This document shows, piece by piece, positions 35,273-48,509 of a stretch of DNA of 64,000 nucleotides. Both the position numbers and the translations under genes were made by a program. The DNA comes from Trichoplax sp. H2 (lineage: Eukaryota), in NCBI GenBank assembly GCA_003344405.1, contig NOWV01000083.1, positions 42,119-106,118 of the forward strand. Direction: 5' to 3'. The notes below the pieces were generated by a model. That model worked only from the letters and a program-made list of their open reading frames with translations, did no database searches and was not told the DNA's origin. The stretch's first letter is position 1; every line of letters begins with the position of its first letter.

Positions 35273-36762
35273 GAAATTGAACATCCGCTAGTGTATTGTG
35301 CTCATGGTAATATTGCAAGTAACTGAGCTATGGTGAATTTAAAGCATAGCTATCATGCATGGCATGTCTGTACAAAAAGAATGATTTACAATTTGCTGTA
35401 ATACAAACCTGTGTAATCGATTAAACTTTCATTACCTTATGCATGGAGCTAGGTAAAATTGAAGGGAATATATAGTATGTAACGTTAGTTACTATATAAA
35501 TTAAATTTTAAGTATTACGACACTGTATTATTTGTCTTTATATTCTTCATAATGATTTGCTAATAAATCAGCCTTTGCTATCTCTTTGAAATATCGATAT
35601 GTTGGTGGTTGTTGTTAGTATTTGATCTTTTAGAGAGTGACATTATTTCTTTACTAATGAAGAAAGCAATAGTGATACTAGTGCTGACGTTTCTGAGGAT
35701 TAATTACTTAGCTAAGATCCTTATGCAATCAATACCTGAACCTGAAATGTGACGTTATCGCTATACTCTTTTGGAATCTGACTGTGTATTATATCATTTC
35801 TAATTAATCTACATAACAAAATAATAACGTAATTGCTTTATCATTCCACGATAGTGATTATACCGTACTTGCAAAACTAACAATTATACATGTGTGAAAC
35901 AAATCTTTACGAACGATAGCTTGAATACAAAATTGCTACCTTCAAAATTATAGTTGATATTTAACACCCAATTTGATATAAAAGTATTAGTAAGTTGCAT
36001 ATGTTAATAATTAGAAAATAAATATCACGAAAGTAAAGTTGACAATTTTCACTTATCTTCCGACTTTAATTTGCATTATACAGAGTATGATTGATATATG
36101 TCATCTTTCCTAATATATCTGTTAACATGAATTCCGTAATGGTTATGATATAATCACTTCAAGCGTAGACATCGCGTACAGTATTATTTACATGGTAATA
36201 CGATTTAAAATTATTGTAAATGCGAAAGAAAACCTATCGTTTAAATTAAATTAATGAAGTTATCATTCCTGCCAACAAAAAAATTAATAACTTTTTTCAG
36301 TTATGGAAATCTATCAGTGGCCAAACCAGAGGAAACACCGATCAGTGAATGACAACTTAAATACAGATTGCAAATCAGTAGTACAAGCTTAGAATGTTAT
36401 TAATTTATAACCTGTATATAACGAGTTACCAATGAACGGAAGCGATATTAAATTTTGGTTAGTAAAATTAGTGATTTTACTGATTGTACCAATAACTACT
36501 GTATCATACGCGTTCACAGTGATGTATCATCTTCAAGCAACGAATATCGAAATTTATTATTTCCTAATACTTTTCCTATTAAGAGATGAAGCATCACGTA
36601 ATTGATCATTTTAATAAACACAAAAAATTTGTTCTTAAAAATACGTATCCGTATACAATTGCAAAATAATAGCTATAAAACGTAAATTTGCAATAACAAA
36701 ACAGTATTATGAAAACAAAGTCATAACTCCGTCTCATTTTAACAAGCTATTTCATACATAAT

Positions 36763-37600
36763 TCATGTATGATAACAGAATTCCGCAATTGTACAGTTTG
36801 AAAATTTGTTTTTGTCTTGTTTTCGGTATAGACGTATCTCACTGTCCGCTACTTGCAACTTTATTCGATCTATGACTATAAGTATTATCACCATGTCTTT
36901 TAGACAGTCCCCCTAAACAAGATAAAAGTAAAAACATTGTTGTGCAACTGGAGCTATCCAAGATCGACAATTCGCATCATGTTAGCTATGTAGCTGTTAC
37001 TAGTTCTGACTTCAGAAATAACAATTAGTAAATATACTGAAAAGGTAAATAAAAATACCCGAAAATGATGATCCATATTTACCTCTATGATACTCCTTCC
37101 GCCCTTTACTTAATTTATTGTCAGCATCTGCAAAAGAAAATTATCATTACAAGAAGTTAAATGTGAGTTCATAACTGTGAGTATGTAACCGCAGTCTACC
37201 TCCATTTTCGGCATTATATTCATGATGATTTTCCTTCAAACTGTTTTTCCATCCTAAATTTAATATCAAATTATAGCAGGATTGTGAAAATACCATATTA
37301 ATAAATAAAGGAACGACTAAATTGTTTCGTAAAACTCGTAGGAATATGCATAAATATTGAATATAAGTTAAAATGTCTTTGCTGTAGAAATAGCAAAGAT
37401 GCACGGATGATAATTAAATAACACAACAGAAAGAACAGCTGAGGGAAGTAATATATGAATGTTGAAACTTTATACCTGCGAATAAGCTCTCACAGTACTT
37501 TTTATATCGAAAGAAATTAGATAATTCGTATTTTAATTTATCATGGATTAAGGTACTAAGGGTTATCAGAATAATGGTACTAATACTAAGTCTCTCTGTA
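36763..37600 (-). CDS. Putative small multi-pass membrane protein gene (approx. exons 37490-37600, 37200-37376, 37083-37127, 36763-36912); function unknown
   Basis: Good splice signals (ttttcttttgcag, GTAAAT, GTAGAC, tttatcttgtttag). The hydrophobic ORF reads ..ILTYIQYLCIFLRVLRNNLVVPLFINMVFSQSCYNLILNLGWKNSLKENHHEYNAENG. The reading frame of the last exon is ambiguous between two open frames. Confidence 0.3.
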
Positions 37601-38041
37601 ATTATAGCAGTATCTATAATAGTAAATTATATAATCGTTACGATGTATCATAGCTAGATCTTTTTATTATTTGTTTACCTTGAAATAAATAATTGGCAGC
37701 TTCTTTATGCATAAATGAATTCGGTATAGATTTATTTTGATACGTTGTTTTTCCTTCACTGGAAAAATGGTTGTTGGAAAGTTGACTTGCTTTATTTTTG
37801 CCTAAAAAAATTTTATACAGCATGAGTTTAAACAAAATTCAAGTCTACGAATTATGCAAGCTTTTTAGGGACGACAAACCCATTCTGCTAGATAAGAAAT
37901 TGTTAGCTGCAAGAAAGGTAGTAAAATTTATTTATTGAACTTCAAGATCATCAAAGCCTATGCTTCTACTACATATAAAAAAGCGGTAGCATTGATATAC
38001 GTATAGCTGTTTGCGCTATGAGTATAATCTCGATTATAACT

Positions 38042-38923
38042 TTATTTACCGTGAATCATTGCGTTGTCTTTTGCTGTTGTTTTGAGCTGCTTAACAGAAT
38101 CATGAGTAGCTTCAAGGTTGCGATCTTCGCCACGGTTTTCGGCGACTTCTACTGATACTTTCGATAGCAGATCGGTACTAGCCTGCAGTAACTGGGATTC
38201 TGACGGTGGAAAGCCAAAGGGCGGTTCGTTGGTAATAGTCTGATGCCCTTCATCAGAACCTCGCGAGGTATTATCATCTAAATTCTTCAATTCCTGATCT
38301 GTAATAATCTTAGGTGAAGAATCAACATTAGAAGATTTTCGTCCATCAATAATATTGCCTTCAAGGGTCATCTCTGAAGAATTACTACGTTCGACTTTAG
38401 GTAATCGTGAAGGAGATGGTGATGATGTACGGTGACTACCGTCGATACTGTTATCTCTATGACCTCGATTTCCTCTTCCACTCTTGCCACGTATCAAATA
38501 ATCATTCTTTCTTGTCTTATTTCTAGATTGTGAACGCTTATCAGGGGAGAATTTATGTTCATTACTCCCGCTACCATATGATCTTCGATGACCTCTTTCG
38601 TCACGCTGTCTATCGCTGCTCTTACCAAATGGCTGACCGCTACTCGTAGTATGTTCAGTTGATCTAAGCCTCCAGTTATTTGGATCGCGCCAATTCTCGT
38701 TATTGCTTCTACTATTTTTACTACCACTGCTATTGACATTACCACTGTTACTGCTACTATTTGGATTAATTCTACTCTTACTAGTAGAAAAACTGTTACC
38801 ACTATCAGTACTATGATTATTTTTATTAGGATTACTATTAGAGTTACTACTACGTCGCTGGCTTTGATAGCTTTCTTCATCCATTTCTGACAATATGCGA
38901 GCTTGCTCTTTAATGCGCTCTAT
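38042..38923 (-). CDS. Ser/Asn/Arg-rich low-complexity nuclear-type protein, large terminal exon (SR-related?), identity unknown
   Basis: Acceptor ttttctag at 38924-38925. 294 codons reading IERIKEQARILSEMDEESYQSQRRSSNSNSNPNKNNHSTDSGNSF...RSQSRNKTRKNDYLIRGKSGRGNRGHRDNS...*. Strong compositional bias. Confidence 0.6.
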   Translation of the reverse strand: MERIKEQARILSEMDEESYQSQRRSSNSNSNPNKNNHSTDSGNSFSTSKSRINPNSSSNSGNVNSSGSKNSRSNNENWRDPNNWRLRSTEHTTSSGQPFGKSSDRQRDERGHRRSYGSGSNEHKFSPDKRSQSRNKTRKNDYLIRGKSGRGNRGHRDNSIDGSHRTSSPSPSRLPKVERSNSSEMTLEGNIIDGRKSSNVDSSPKIITDQELKNLDDNTSRGSDEGHQTITNEPPFGFPPSESQLLQASTDLLSKVSVEVAENRGEDRNLEATHDSVKQLKTTAKDNAMIHGK

Positions 38924-40897
38924 CTAGAAAATAACAACAATACGCCACTTTACAAGATTCTCTAGTAGCGTTAACAAGTCACAGGAACGTAAAGCATTCA
39001 ATATAAATAAATGCAAATGCAAACTGCAATATGCACCTCGATTTTAGTGTTTCTACATATAAGGATAACTTCATTTAGCCGCACTAACACATATGCACAT
39101 TGCTAACTACCGCAAAACTATCACCAAATCTAGAAAATCTTTTCTAATGAGAAATATGTTAAGATTGCTCCATGTCACTCCTGTACCACTGTTAGACAAA
39201 ATGGATACTAACGCATATTTTTAAGTAAGGCCAAACACTCACTATTGTTGAAACCTCAAATGATTGATTGACTAAGTTCTAAATACTTTCGCAGTTCATA
39301 AGCCCAATATTTCATGAGATATTATTTTGTACCCGCGGATTAATTACAATGGGATATAAAAATTAACTTCTGAAATCTCTAACTTAATATTTATCATATC
39401 ATTTTCAAATCGTTTTCATGCGTAGAAAGTGGACAAAATTTCGCTATTTTTACTATCAGCTGCTTTCAATAATTACGATTCTTATGATCCCTAAACGCCA
39501 GGCGCAATACACTTACTCTAACAGTTAGATAATTATAATCGCCGTTAAATTAACTATACAGTCTCGTTTCGTAAATTTCTGTACTAGTTTTCATGATAAG
39601 TAGTTGCTACCATAATAACCAGCTTACCGGTAGCACAGTACATTCATCATAATCTGGTCGTACTATAGTAATCCTGTAACTGTGAACGGTACCTTAGTAA
39701 TTTTTAAGTTTAGCTAATCATATTAGCGAATCACTTAAATGTGACAATATCCATAAAATAATCAGATAAAATTAAAAATCGTATTTTCTTAAAAACGTTA
39801 ATTTATACATCGTATAAACACTGGACTAATCTAATTTTAATGAAACTATACTTACATATACGCTGGTTAAGACTAATTATAATTATTAGTATCTTATTCT
39901 ATTAGCAAGATAGAGCCCGTGAGATGTTGAAAGTATGAAAGCTGTACACTGTGAAAGTATTCTAAACAGACCTAATGTAGTAAGATTGTACAGAATTTGG
40001 AAGCAATTCAAATACATATACTGCAATAGGATATAGTTTCTACCAAACTGCAATACAAGTTGAAAAATAATAAATTACGTATATCCTTGAGTACTGTACT
40101 ACTTAGTCAGTACTTACTTTCCTTAAGGTTCAGTATACGAATCCTACTATAAATTTTATTCTACGTTGACTGTATTTTATAGCATTTACGCTATATAACA
40201 TACTTCAGCTCGTTAGTCTACTGTAAATTTATATAGTGCAGCACACACAAAAATCGAGTAAGTATTTACAGAAACGAAAACTGTATAGTATATATCTACA
40301 TGACTTCCTAAATAGTTTGGTAGAAGTGTGACGAAAAAGATAGGCGTAGCTAAGACAATCCAACTTTAGTTAATTAGAATATACAGTAGGTGCTACTTGA
40401 CGCTATTGCAATATAATTATGAAGATCAATCCCCCCAAATTTTCATCGTACCAGTTATCTAGATATTATATGTGCAATTTAAACACAAGGTGAAAGTAAC
40501 TTAAGAACTATATTTGTTTCTTCTTTTAGTTTTTAACTCTTCATCATAACTTGCTTATCGGTGCAGCAAACTCTAATATAACAATAGCTAAAATCACATA
40601 AGCAGCGTGTTATGCAAGCTTTAGAGAGTCAAGTGTAAAATAATTATAGCTAAGATTTGCTCTAAAACTCTAAATATATTAAAGTCGAATCTCTGTTCTG
40701 TACAATATGGTGTTGATCAGAGACATTGAAGAAAATCTCTCACGCTAATTTCGTGCTTGCATACAGTACTGTACAATATCAGCGGTGCAAGTTACTGTGC
40801 GACAGGAAAGTTAGCAATATTTGGGTGCCGTACAGTATTATATGTTTCATAGAAAAAAAATGACAAATTAGTCAGATACCAATTTATATTAACTCAC

Positions 40898-41038
40898 CTG
40901 TTTAAAATCAGTTTCTTTTGGTAATAAATCGTCGTAAATTTGCAAGAATTGGTCCACGTTATCGCCTCTTAATGCGTCTGCTAATGAGAATGATATGCCA
41001 ATCCAATTCTGATTTTTGCTATGGTAATCATCCGCCAT
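40898..41038 (-). CDS. Probable first coding exon of the S/N/R-rich gene (ATG at 41038-41036)
   Basis: MADDYHSKNQNWIGISFSLADALRGDNVDQFLQIYDDLLPKETDFKQ, then donor CAG|GTGAGT. This is phase-0 compatible with the acceptor at 38923. Confidence 0.45.
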
Positions 41039-41475
41039 TGACTAAATGACGAACTACGCAAGCGCAAAGGGTTGAAGCGGTAATGTATCAGGTCTGTTAT
41101 GGCCTGTAATGACTCTACTGTACTGTACACTGTACACTGTAGTGTACTGTACAGTACAATCTGATTATTTTCGATGTTTCCCCTCCGTTAAAAAATCAAA
41201 GTTGTACAGTACTGTATTCCGTTGAAATTCCTGTATAGTATTTATATAGACCCGTAGAATATAGAACTTATCTAGTTTGGGCCTGATTTAGCTTATACAA
41301 TTATGTGTTTTCAGGGTGCCATCGAAAATAATCACACTCAGTACTGTACTACAGTACTTGTTTGTACCGTACTGTACGTTGGGAGAAGAAACCTCTCTTT
41401 CCATACTGTATTCCATACCCTACCACTGATAGTACTAGCAGACAGTACACGGTACGGTATAAAGTTACTGAACCT

Positions 41476-41532
41476 CTGTTAAATGAGCACATTATCGTAA
41501 ACCGTCAGTAAAGCGACGGGAGCTTGCACTAA
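41476..41532 (+). repeat. Copy B of the ~60 bp dispersed element
   Basis: ctctgttaaatgagcacattatcgtaaaccgtcagtaaagcgacgggagcttgcactaaaa. The preceding 25 bp (cggtataaagttactgaacctctg) is also duplicated at 41675-41700. Confidence 0.8.
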
Positions 41533-41724
41533 AATTATATATAAATATATATATTATACAGTATGAATGAGTGGGTAAGAGTGTTCCACATAGCTAAAAA
41601 TGGAGAGTTACTGTAAGATTAGAGAAATGTGGTATGTATATCAGTATATGTCATACACTCTACTACTACACAGTACACGGTATAAAGTTACTGAACCTCT
41701 GACAGGTCTACGACAAATGGTAAC

Positions 41725-41786
41725 ACTATCTGTTAAATGAGCACATTATCGTAAACCGTCAGCAAAGCGACGGGAGTTTGCACTAG
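41725..41786 (+). repeat. Copy C of the ~60 bp dispersed element
   Basis: actatctgttaaatgagcacattatcgtaaaccgtcagcaaagcgacgggagtttgcactag. This is identical to copy A except for one substitution. Confidence 0.85.
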
Positions 41787-44347
41787 TGACTCTAAAAAAA
41801 AATAGAATTACAGTACATTAGACTCTAATCGAAAACAACTGATACTGCACTGTACAGTACAGTACAAAACCGTACAGTATATTTATACAGTACAGTACAT
41901 CGTACTGTACAATATGACTGTATTGTCCAGTCAGTTGCACGTAAATTTGGTCAAACACAAGTCAAATCATGGTTCAAATACGGTTTTCGTAGAGCAACTC
42001 CCAACGGTGTGGTATACTGAATGGATGGGGAACTGGGTAAAGTGGTTAATCAAACTATTAATTAATTAAATACTGTACTAATGATTGCCTGCTGTGTTAA
42101 TAAATATGCGTATATAGTAGACGGAGATACTACCCCTTCGTTGGTTTTCTTATCCGTATTACGAAGCTGGTGCATTAAGTAAATTGATAAGTCCATCTAG
42201 GGAACACTAAAATATGACAAAAGCTGAGATACTTGCAGTATTACAGTGACGCAGGTCCATAAACTTTAACCGATTCTTATCTGGACATTGATGAAGTACC
42301 TTTCAAAATCCTAATTACTCTTTAACCGTACTATAAAAAATAAAAAATAAAATTAAATTAGGAATCAATGTTTTTACGCATGAAATAGAGTGCTATAGTA
42401 CCGGAAGTGCGGTACGGAAGTACATGACGTAGTCAGTAAACAGTACTGTACCTGGTAAACCATGATACAGTTTGGGTACCTGTCTCAGACACTGTAATCC
42501 ATAATGCCAACTACAAATGACAAGTTCTCAGTATAGGGTAATAAGTTAACAAACAGGCTTGGCAAGTCAGCCTAGTCTAATCATGGACTAGCTCAGTACA
42601 GTACAGTACAGTACTGCGCCATGATCACATTTGCAGCATGTCAGTATGACTGACAAGAAATATTGTTCGAGCACAAAAATTTTTCGGCATGCCGCATGGG
42701 GCAATTCATGAATTTGATTCATTTTTTAATGACTAAAAATCGAAATTTTACAGTTAATAATCGTAATATTGATCTTGGAGATGAAAGTTACCTCATTCAA
42801 TGCACTATTTTTCACTGCCTTATACACAACATGTACATTGTACAGTGACTGTACATAAGAAATCTCGCTTTACAACCGCAAGTGCTCAATGATATTACAG
42901 TAATAAATCAATTAATAATGTAATTAATGAGAGTAATAGGAGTGGTATTCCGCAACTAAATTTTAATAAATTGGTTATTGGTATTTTTATTAATTTTTAC
43001 CGCAGTATTGAGCTATTTTATTTCTTTCAAATTTCTAATACAAACCAACAGTCACTGGTGCATATACGGTCGGTTCAACTAGTATACATAGCTCACGCAG
43101 TAATCGTGGTCATAACTACAAAGTTACTATTTTTTTATTCTTGAGGCCTACAGTTGTTTAATTACTGTACCCCACCTCAATGTTAATTATACTGTATGTT
43201 ATTTATTATCATGATAACTTTTGTCACATAAACTGTAAATTAAAAATGAATTTGCATAAGCATTTATGAACAGACGTTCATGGGAAATCACAGCGATTGT
43301 TTTCTGTTGTTAGCATTTTTTTGATGTAAGAATTTGTTGCTGTACTTCTACCAACGGCTATACGAAGTATAATATAGTGAATTGATTATTGCTGTCGAGC
43401 ACTATTAAAAGCATTATTAAATGAAGGGTTAACGTTTACGTAAGGCAATAAGCACGCAGTTTAATGCAATGCTTAAGATCACGTACTGCAATAAAGGCGT
43501 TTTGCGATATTTTGCAACGGTGCTAGTTGATAGCAAGACATACAATACAGTGTTACGCGTAAACTTCCACTGAAGAGCTTTGCCTAGCTGTTCAAGCTAT
43601 TGCTAAATTACGTATTTAATTTATTCTTGTATGTGGCAATCTTATCCGCCGTCTATGTTCGTCTTATCTAACTCAAGAAGGTACAGTAGACTCATTTAAA
43701 ACCTTGCTCTCTACTCAATAATTTTGGCAATAAATAGAATACATACGAGGCTGCAAAATTGAATAAAGGCACAATATTGCACTCAAAGAACAAACCCTCT
43801 TATACTGGTCCTGCATTACTGCCAAGATCAATAGATGATTATTCTACTTTTATTGTTTATTGTTCTTTCATTTACCAATAACGTCTACCCGCATTGACAC
43901 CTTGCCTGTTATGTAATACACTATAAATAATGCATTAACTATACTACCCTTGGTGCTTATTTGTTATCTTTTCTTCCTAAATTATAATACACATTAATAC
44001 AAGTTCTACTTTTATCTTAAAACGCCTGTTCTAGCATAATTGTTCATAAATAATTTAGCAGCCATTGATTAAAATCCATCCAATTACAGTTGATCAACAA
44101 CTCAACCCCTACGGTACAGTGCATTAGACCGTGCCATCCAGGCAAACAACAAGATGGCGGAAGGGGTAAGATTCGATTCTATTTCATCGCTTATTCAGCA
44201 TTATTACCTTGATATATTGACCATTCATCGTTCATCAAGTGATTTTTGATATCGATTTAGAACATGTTCGTGTGGATAAGTAACACTTTGTAATTCTTAG
44301 AAAGATAATTCCATCTCAAAAGATAGATTAAAATTGCTTGTGAAAAT

Positions 44348-44440
44348 TTGATAACTTACTGTACTGTATACTGTGTAACACATACTGTACAGTACAGTAC
44401 TGTATTATTACATTACACAGTACAGTATCACAAGACGGCG
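44348..44440. repeat. Palindromic TACTGTACAGTA-type repeat patch
   Basis: ttactgtactgtatactgtgtaacacatactgtacagtacagtactgtattattacattacacagtacagtatcac. Confidence 0.85.
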
Positions 44441-45347
44441 TTGATAGTTTACATAGTCCTTGTGAGTACTTTTTACCTGTTGAAGATTTTAACATTAGTG
44501 TTCTTTCCTTTCCCTACATATTCAAATGTTCACTCAAGGTATTAAAAAAATATCAATATTAAAATATCAGTGTAAGAAATTAATCTCATTAGTTGTCGTA
44601 AATCGTACCTATAAGATTAAATCCTTTCATGTTTTAAGTCCTGTCGACAGAAGATTGGAAATCTTTATCGTATCGAAACCATATTTCAAGATGTATTGAT
44701 TGCATACCGTGTACAGTATAATAAGCATGAAAATAATCGTCAGGCCAATGTGTACAAATTTGTCTACACCTGATGTTTCTTAGCTTGGCTTTATTATAAA
44801 CGCTAATGCTAAGTTTAGAAGGTATTTTTTCAACTTGCGTTCTTCTGCAGCAGACAAAACCATATTACATTATACAGTACAAATATAGAAACGAATATCA
44901 GCTTTATCCATTCACCATTAAATGCAATATCGTAAATAGCCTTAATATTGTTTCGATAGGGTCCTCATATCTCTTTCTTCGTTCTTTTAAGAAATTATTA
45001 AATAATTGGGCATACTTAATGTTTATAAATAAATTTACTTTACTAGGCTATTGACGATTTTGTAGCAAAGAACTTTAAGCTCTATCAGAAACCTCCGTCT
45101 AAAGAAAATAAGTATGTTATTTACGGGAATAACTAGTTATCCACTTCGATACTCGTACTCGAAAATGACAACAATCCATTAAGATTTTTTCTTCTTGATT
45201 TTCTTCTAAAATCTAGTAAAAACTAGTACAACGTTTTTAAATCTAATCTATTAATTATGAATAGTCATATGTTATGTTTAATTAAACTTAAGATAAACAA
45301 TCTTGTATAGATATATCTCACTTTTATCTATTACTATAGTATTACAG

Positions 45348-45403
45348 ATGCTTACGGAGAAATTGAATTCAATTACGCCGGATATGAAGCATCAAAGGCG
45401 AAG
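45348..45403 (+). CDS. TRPM: TRPM-family cation channel, N-terminal exon (MHR region); earlier 5' exons unresolved
   Basis: (D)AYGEIEFNYAGYEASKAK aligns to TRPM2 TDAFGDIVFTGLSQKVKK. Donor is AAG|GTTTGT. A possible start ATGGCGGAAGGG|GTAAGA lies at ~44153. Confidence 0.6.
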
Positions 45404-46174
45404 GTTTGTCAGTATTTACTATTATTAACAATTAATATGTTAAGGTCGTTTTACGAGTTTATTTTTAATTTGTACTCTCATTTGCTTTATTAGTTTAGTA
45501 CTTTCGTAACTACAGAGATATACCCTGATTAATCTTTTGTAGTATTTGTAGTTGTAATCTAACTTATATAGCGCTTAAAAATAAAATAGTTTAAGATGAT
45601 ACTCACTCCTATGTTGAACTAAGAATGGTAAAATAAATCAACGTACTGTTCTAGTTATTTAATTCTATGCTTGCTTAAACCCATCTTCAATAGAGCGCAC
45701 AGTGTTTATTGTTTGTTTCTAAAGGTGTCGTTCTTGATAATGTATTATGTATAAAATTTGAGATTTTAAGATTAGCTGCGAATTTCCTTGCTTGAACAGT
45801 AACAGTTATTACCTGTTGAATATTTTCTGTATAACGCAATGACCTGCCTATGGAAGAAATAATTTTGTAGACCTACGCGGTGCTAATGTACAGTATGCCT
45901 TGCAATGGGAATCAAAACATCCCATTATCCCATGTGTATTTTCTTTATAAATACTAGTAACATCCAATGCGTTGTATAATCAGAATAGATATAAGTTCCA
46001 TTAAGAATTAATCAAACATAAACGGCCTTAAGCATGTAGATGGTATACGAGCCTTACCTCACATCAGTTAATATCCATGATTCATAGCAATGCTTATTAT
46101 TTTCTTTCTACAACCGTGAAAGAGATTCTTGTTTATTTCGAAGTGAAGTAATTATGCAATAATTTACTAAATAG

Positions 46175-46501
46175 TATCTTAAGACCTCCATTAACGCTGA
46201 AATAGCTAAAATTGGTGAGCTATTTCTTAATTACTGGAACATCCGTGAACCAGATTTGGTCATGTCGATAGTTGGTGGTTTCGAAAATTTACCAAGGAAA
46301 CCTTCAATACTTCGATTAAATCAAAATCTTGCTGCAATAATGAAAAGAATATGCAGTTATCATTCAACAGCTATCATAACAAGTGGATACTGTGAAGGTT
46401 TCATTCGCAGTACTGCCAAAGCAGTAAATAAACAAGGTACTATCGTTGGTATACCTTCCTGGAATTCCGTTTTTAAGAAGGAGCTACTCACGAGTAAAAA
46501 G
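46175..46501 (+). CDS. TRPM: TRPM exon (MHR1)
   Basis: YLKTSINAEIAKIGELFLNYWNIREPDLVMSIVGGFENLPRKPSILRLNQNLAAIMKRICSYHSTAIITSGYCEGFIRSTAKAVNKQGTIVGIPSWNSV aligns to [81 protein letters not shown]. Confidence 0.85.
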
Positions 46502-47453
46502 GTAACTTGTCAATATTATAAGTAGCGATTTAAATTTTTATATTATTATGATTAGCGTATGCCCACAAACAATGTTTGTGCGTTGAGGTTCGTCAAGCAA
46601 TACTGTGCTGTATCGCTAGCTTAATACATTATAACCGTTCACACTGCATCTGGCAAATCAGAATCAGACAGCACGCACACGCACTGAATAAATCCAAAGC
46701 GGACACTGTTTTTTTTGTTATAGTATTCAAATAGATATAGATATTGTGCTGCATAGTCAATGCATACAATATATCAAGAACGTTAGTAATTTATGCGGGT
46801 TGGTTAATCGTAAAATTTGTTGATAGTAAATATTTACGTCGTTAATGCGTATCTAAGTAATAAGTAAGTGCCGATGAAACCATACAGCACAAAATGAACT
46901 AAGCTGCATGTTAGCAGCTAATTTGGATGTCCATCGTGAACAGTATGGTATACAGCTGTAGACATGCGATACAGTTGAAATGGCTGGTAAAATACAGTAA
47001 TTATTAAATTTGTGACAACCGCCTCCTGTCCCTGTCTTTTCCTTTTAGTAGTCTCTGGTGCGTATTCTATTGTACCTTAATTCTACGTAAGCAGGTTCTC
47101 TGCTAGTAGTAGATGAGTAACAGGTCAAATTACATACTGGATACTGGTACATTAGTATGCGGCAGCTTGCTTTGCTAGCTCCAAATATTACAGTAATAAT
47201 AATTTTTTTACGTCTATGTTGCATACTATCAGTACAGTAGCCAATCAGAATGGGTATACATACAATTACCGTGCCCGTCTGACCGGCATGACAGAAAACG
47301 GATATAACATTTTTATATTGTATATATTGATAGATAGATTTTAAAACGTTAGTGTACAGAAAGTTTGCTTGTGAATGATTGACTTTTTCGCCTCAGTTTA
47401 TGATGACATAAATATGATTAGGTTTTTGAATACGTATGTCATCAATCTTGTAG

Positions 47454-47643
47454 GGTAAAGGGCGCTTTCCGGCTAAGTATGTCGTAAACAAACGGGAATC
47501 GACTGTTGGAGTATCCGCCCTACCGCTAGATCCGTGCCACAGTCATTTTTTGCTACCTGATGATGATAGCAACGGTTCTGAAGGAGAGGAAATTCCATTT
47601 CGCATCAAAATTGAAGAATTTCTCTCGAAGAAGCTTGTTCGCA
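47454..47643 (+). CDS. TRPM: TRPM exon
   Basis: GKGRFPAKYVVNKRESTVGVSALPLDPCHSHFLLPDDDSNGSEGEEIPFRIKIEEFLSKKLVR aligns to [56 protein letters not shown]. Confidence 0.85.
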
Positions 47644-47769
47644 GTAAGTTAAAAGTAGACGAATACTATTGATTAAACCATCCTAAATAACAAGATCATT
47701 AGAAAATTTACAATGAAAATACGGCTAATATTGATAAAGGTCATAAGAGAACTCGGGTATTTAGCAAAG

Positions 47770-47914
47770 TCCCTATTGTCTGCATTGTGATTGGTGGAGA
47801 TGAAAACACGTTCCGTTATGTTGATGAGGCTTTGCAAAAAAATCATCAAATCGTAATCGTTCCAGGAGGCGAAGGAGCTGCTGATATTATATGTAGTCAT
47901 CTTAGCAATAAAAG
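47770..47914 (+). CDS. TRPM: TRPM exon
   Basis: (I)PIVCIVIGGDENTFRYVDEALQKNHQIVIVPGGEGAADIICSHLSNK aligns to [46 protein letters not shown]. Confidence 0.8.
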
Positions 47915-47994
47915 GTTACAAACCCCTGTGTGTTGCATTAATGATACAAATTTTATCACTAGTCTTTAACTACTTAGTTCTTTATTTTGCACAG

Positions 47995-48136
47995 CATAAC
48001 AAAATTGAACGATGCAGCAAAGAAAAGTATACAAGAAGCTTTATGCAAAACTTTTAAATGGAGCGTTTCTAAAGATAATGATAAAATTGATCGATGCATC
48101 AAAGGGATAAAAGCGATACTATCTCATAGAAGCAAA
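47995..48136 (+). CDS. TRPM: TRPM exon
   Basis: (S)ITKLNDAAKKSIQEALCKTFKWSVSKDNDKIDRCIKGIKAILSHRSK. Phase is consistent with its neighbours. Confidence 0.7.
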
Positions 48137-48509
48137 GTAAGGTTCTGCGCTACAGCATTTAATAGCTATTTTAATTGTGCGATCTTGTAACACATAGCAT
48201 TACTCTTGTTTATTGTATTATTGTTAATTATCAGTTACTAGAATCTCTTATATATATTTAGTAAATTATATTTATATATAGAAAGCATTATCATTAGAGT
48301 TTCCTTAAAGTTTAGTTGCTTCAGTCTAATAGTGAGTTAGAACGCTATTCCCGCAAAATACTTCAATATTTTTAAATATCAGGGATTATTTATAATTTTA
48401 TGTATCAAGTCAATATACAATATTCCCGATATAATGTTACTTATCAGTGAATAGCTACGCATAGTATTAGGGTAATTTAGAAGTTATTACAATCATTTTT
48501 GCTTTATAG

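Larger units (their letters stand above)
41100..41940. repeat. Palindromic repeat patches (41100-41420, 41830-41940) flanking two copies of the ~60 bp dispersed element
   Basis: ctctactgtactgtacactgtacactgtagtgtactgtacagtac ...; ctgcactgtacagtacagtacaaaaccgtacagtat.. ..gtacagtacatcgtactgtac. Confidence 0.85.

Noticed and set aside
38494-38880. 128-aa ORF on the minus strand overlapping the S/N/R-rich exon in another frame
   Set aside because: Alternate-frame artefact of a compositionally biased region. The 283-aa frame extends to a proper acceptor and is the coding one.
44650-44800. Possible extra TRPM N-terminal exon encoding ..ANVYKFVYT (compare ECVYFVES)
   Set aside because: The frame hits TGA straight after, with no usable donor. 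The similarity is too short to support a call.
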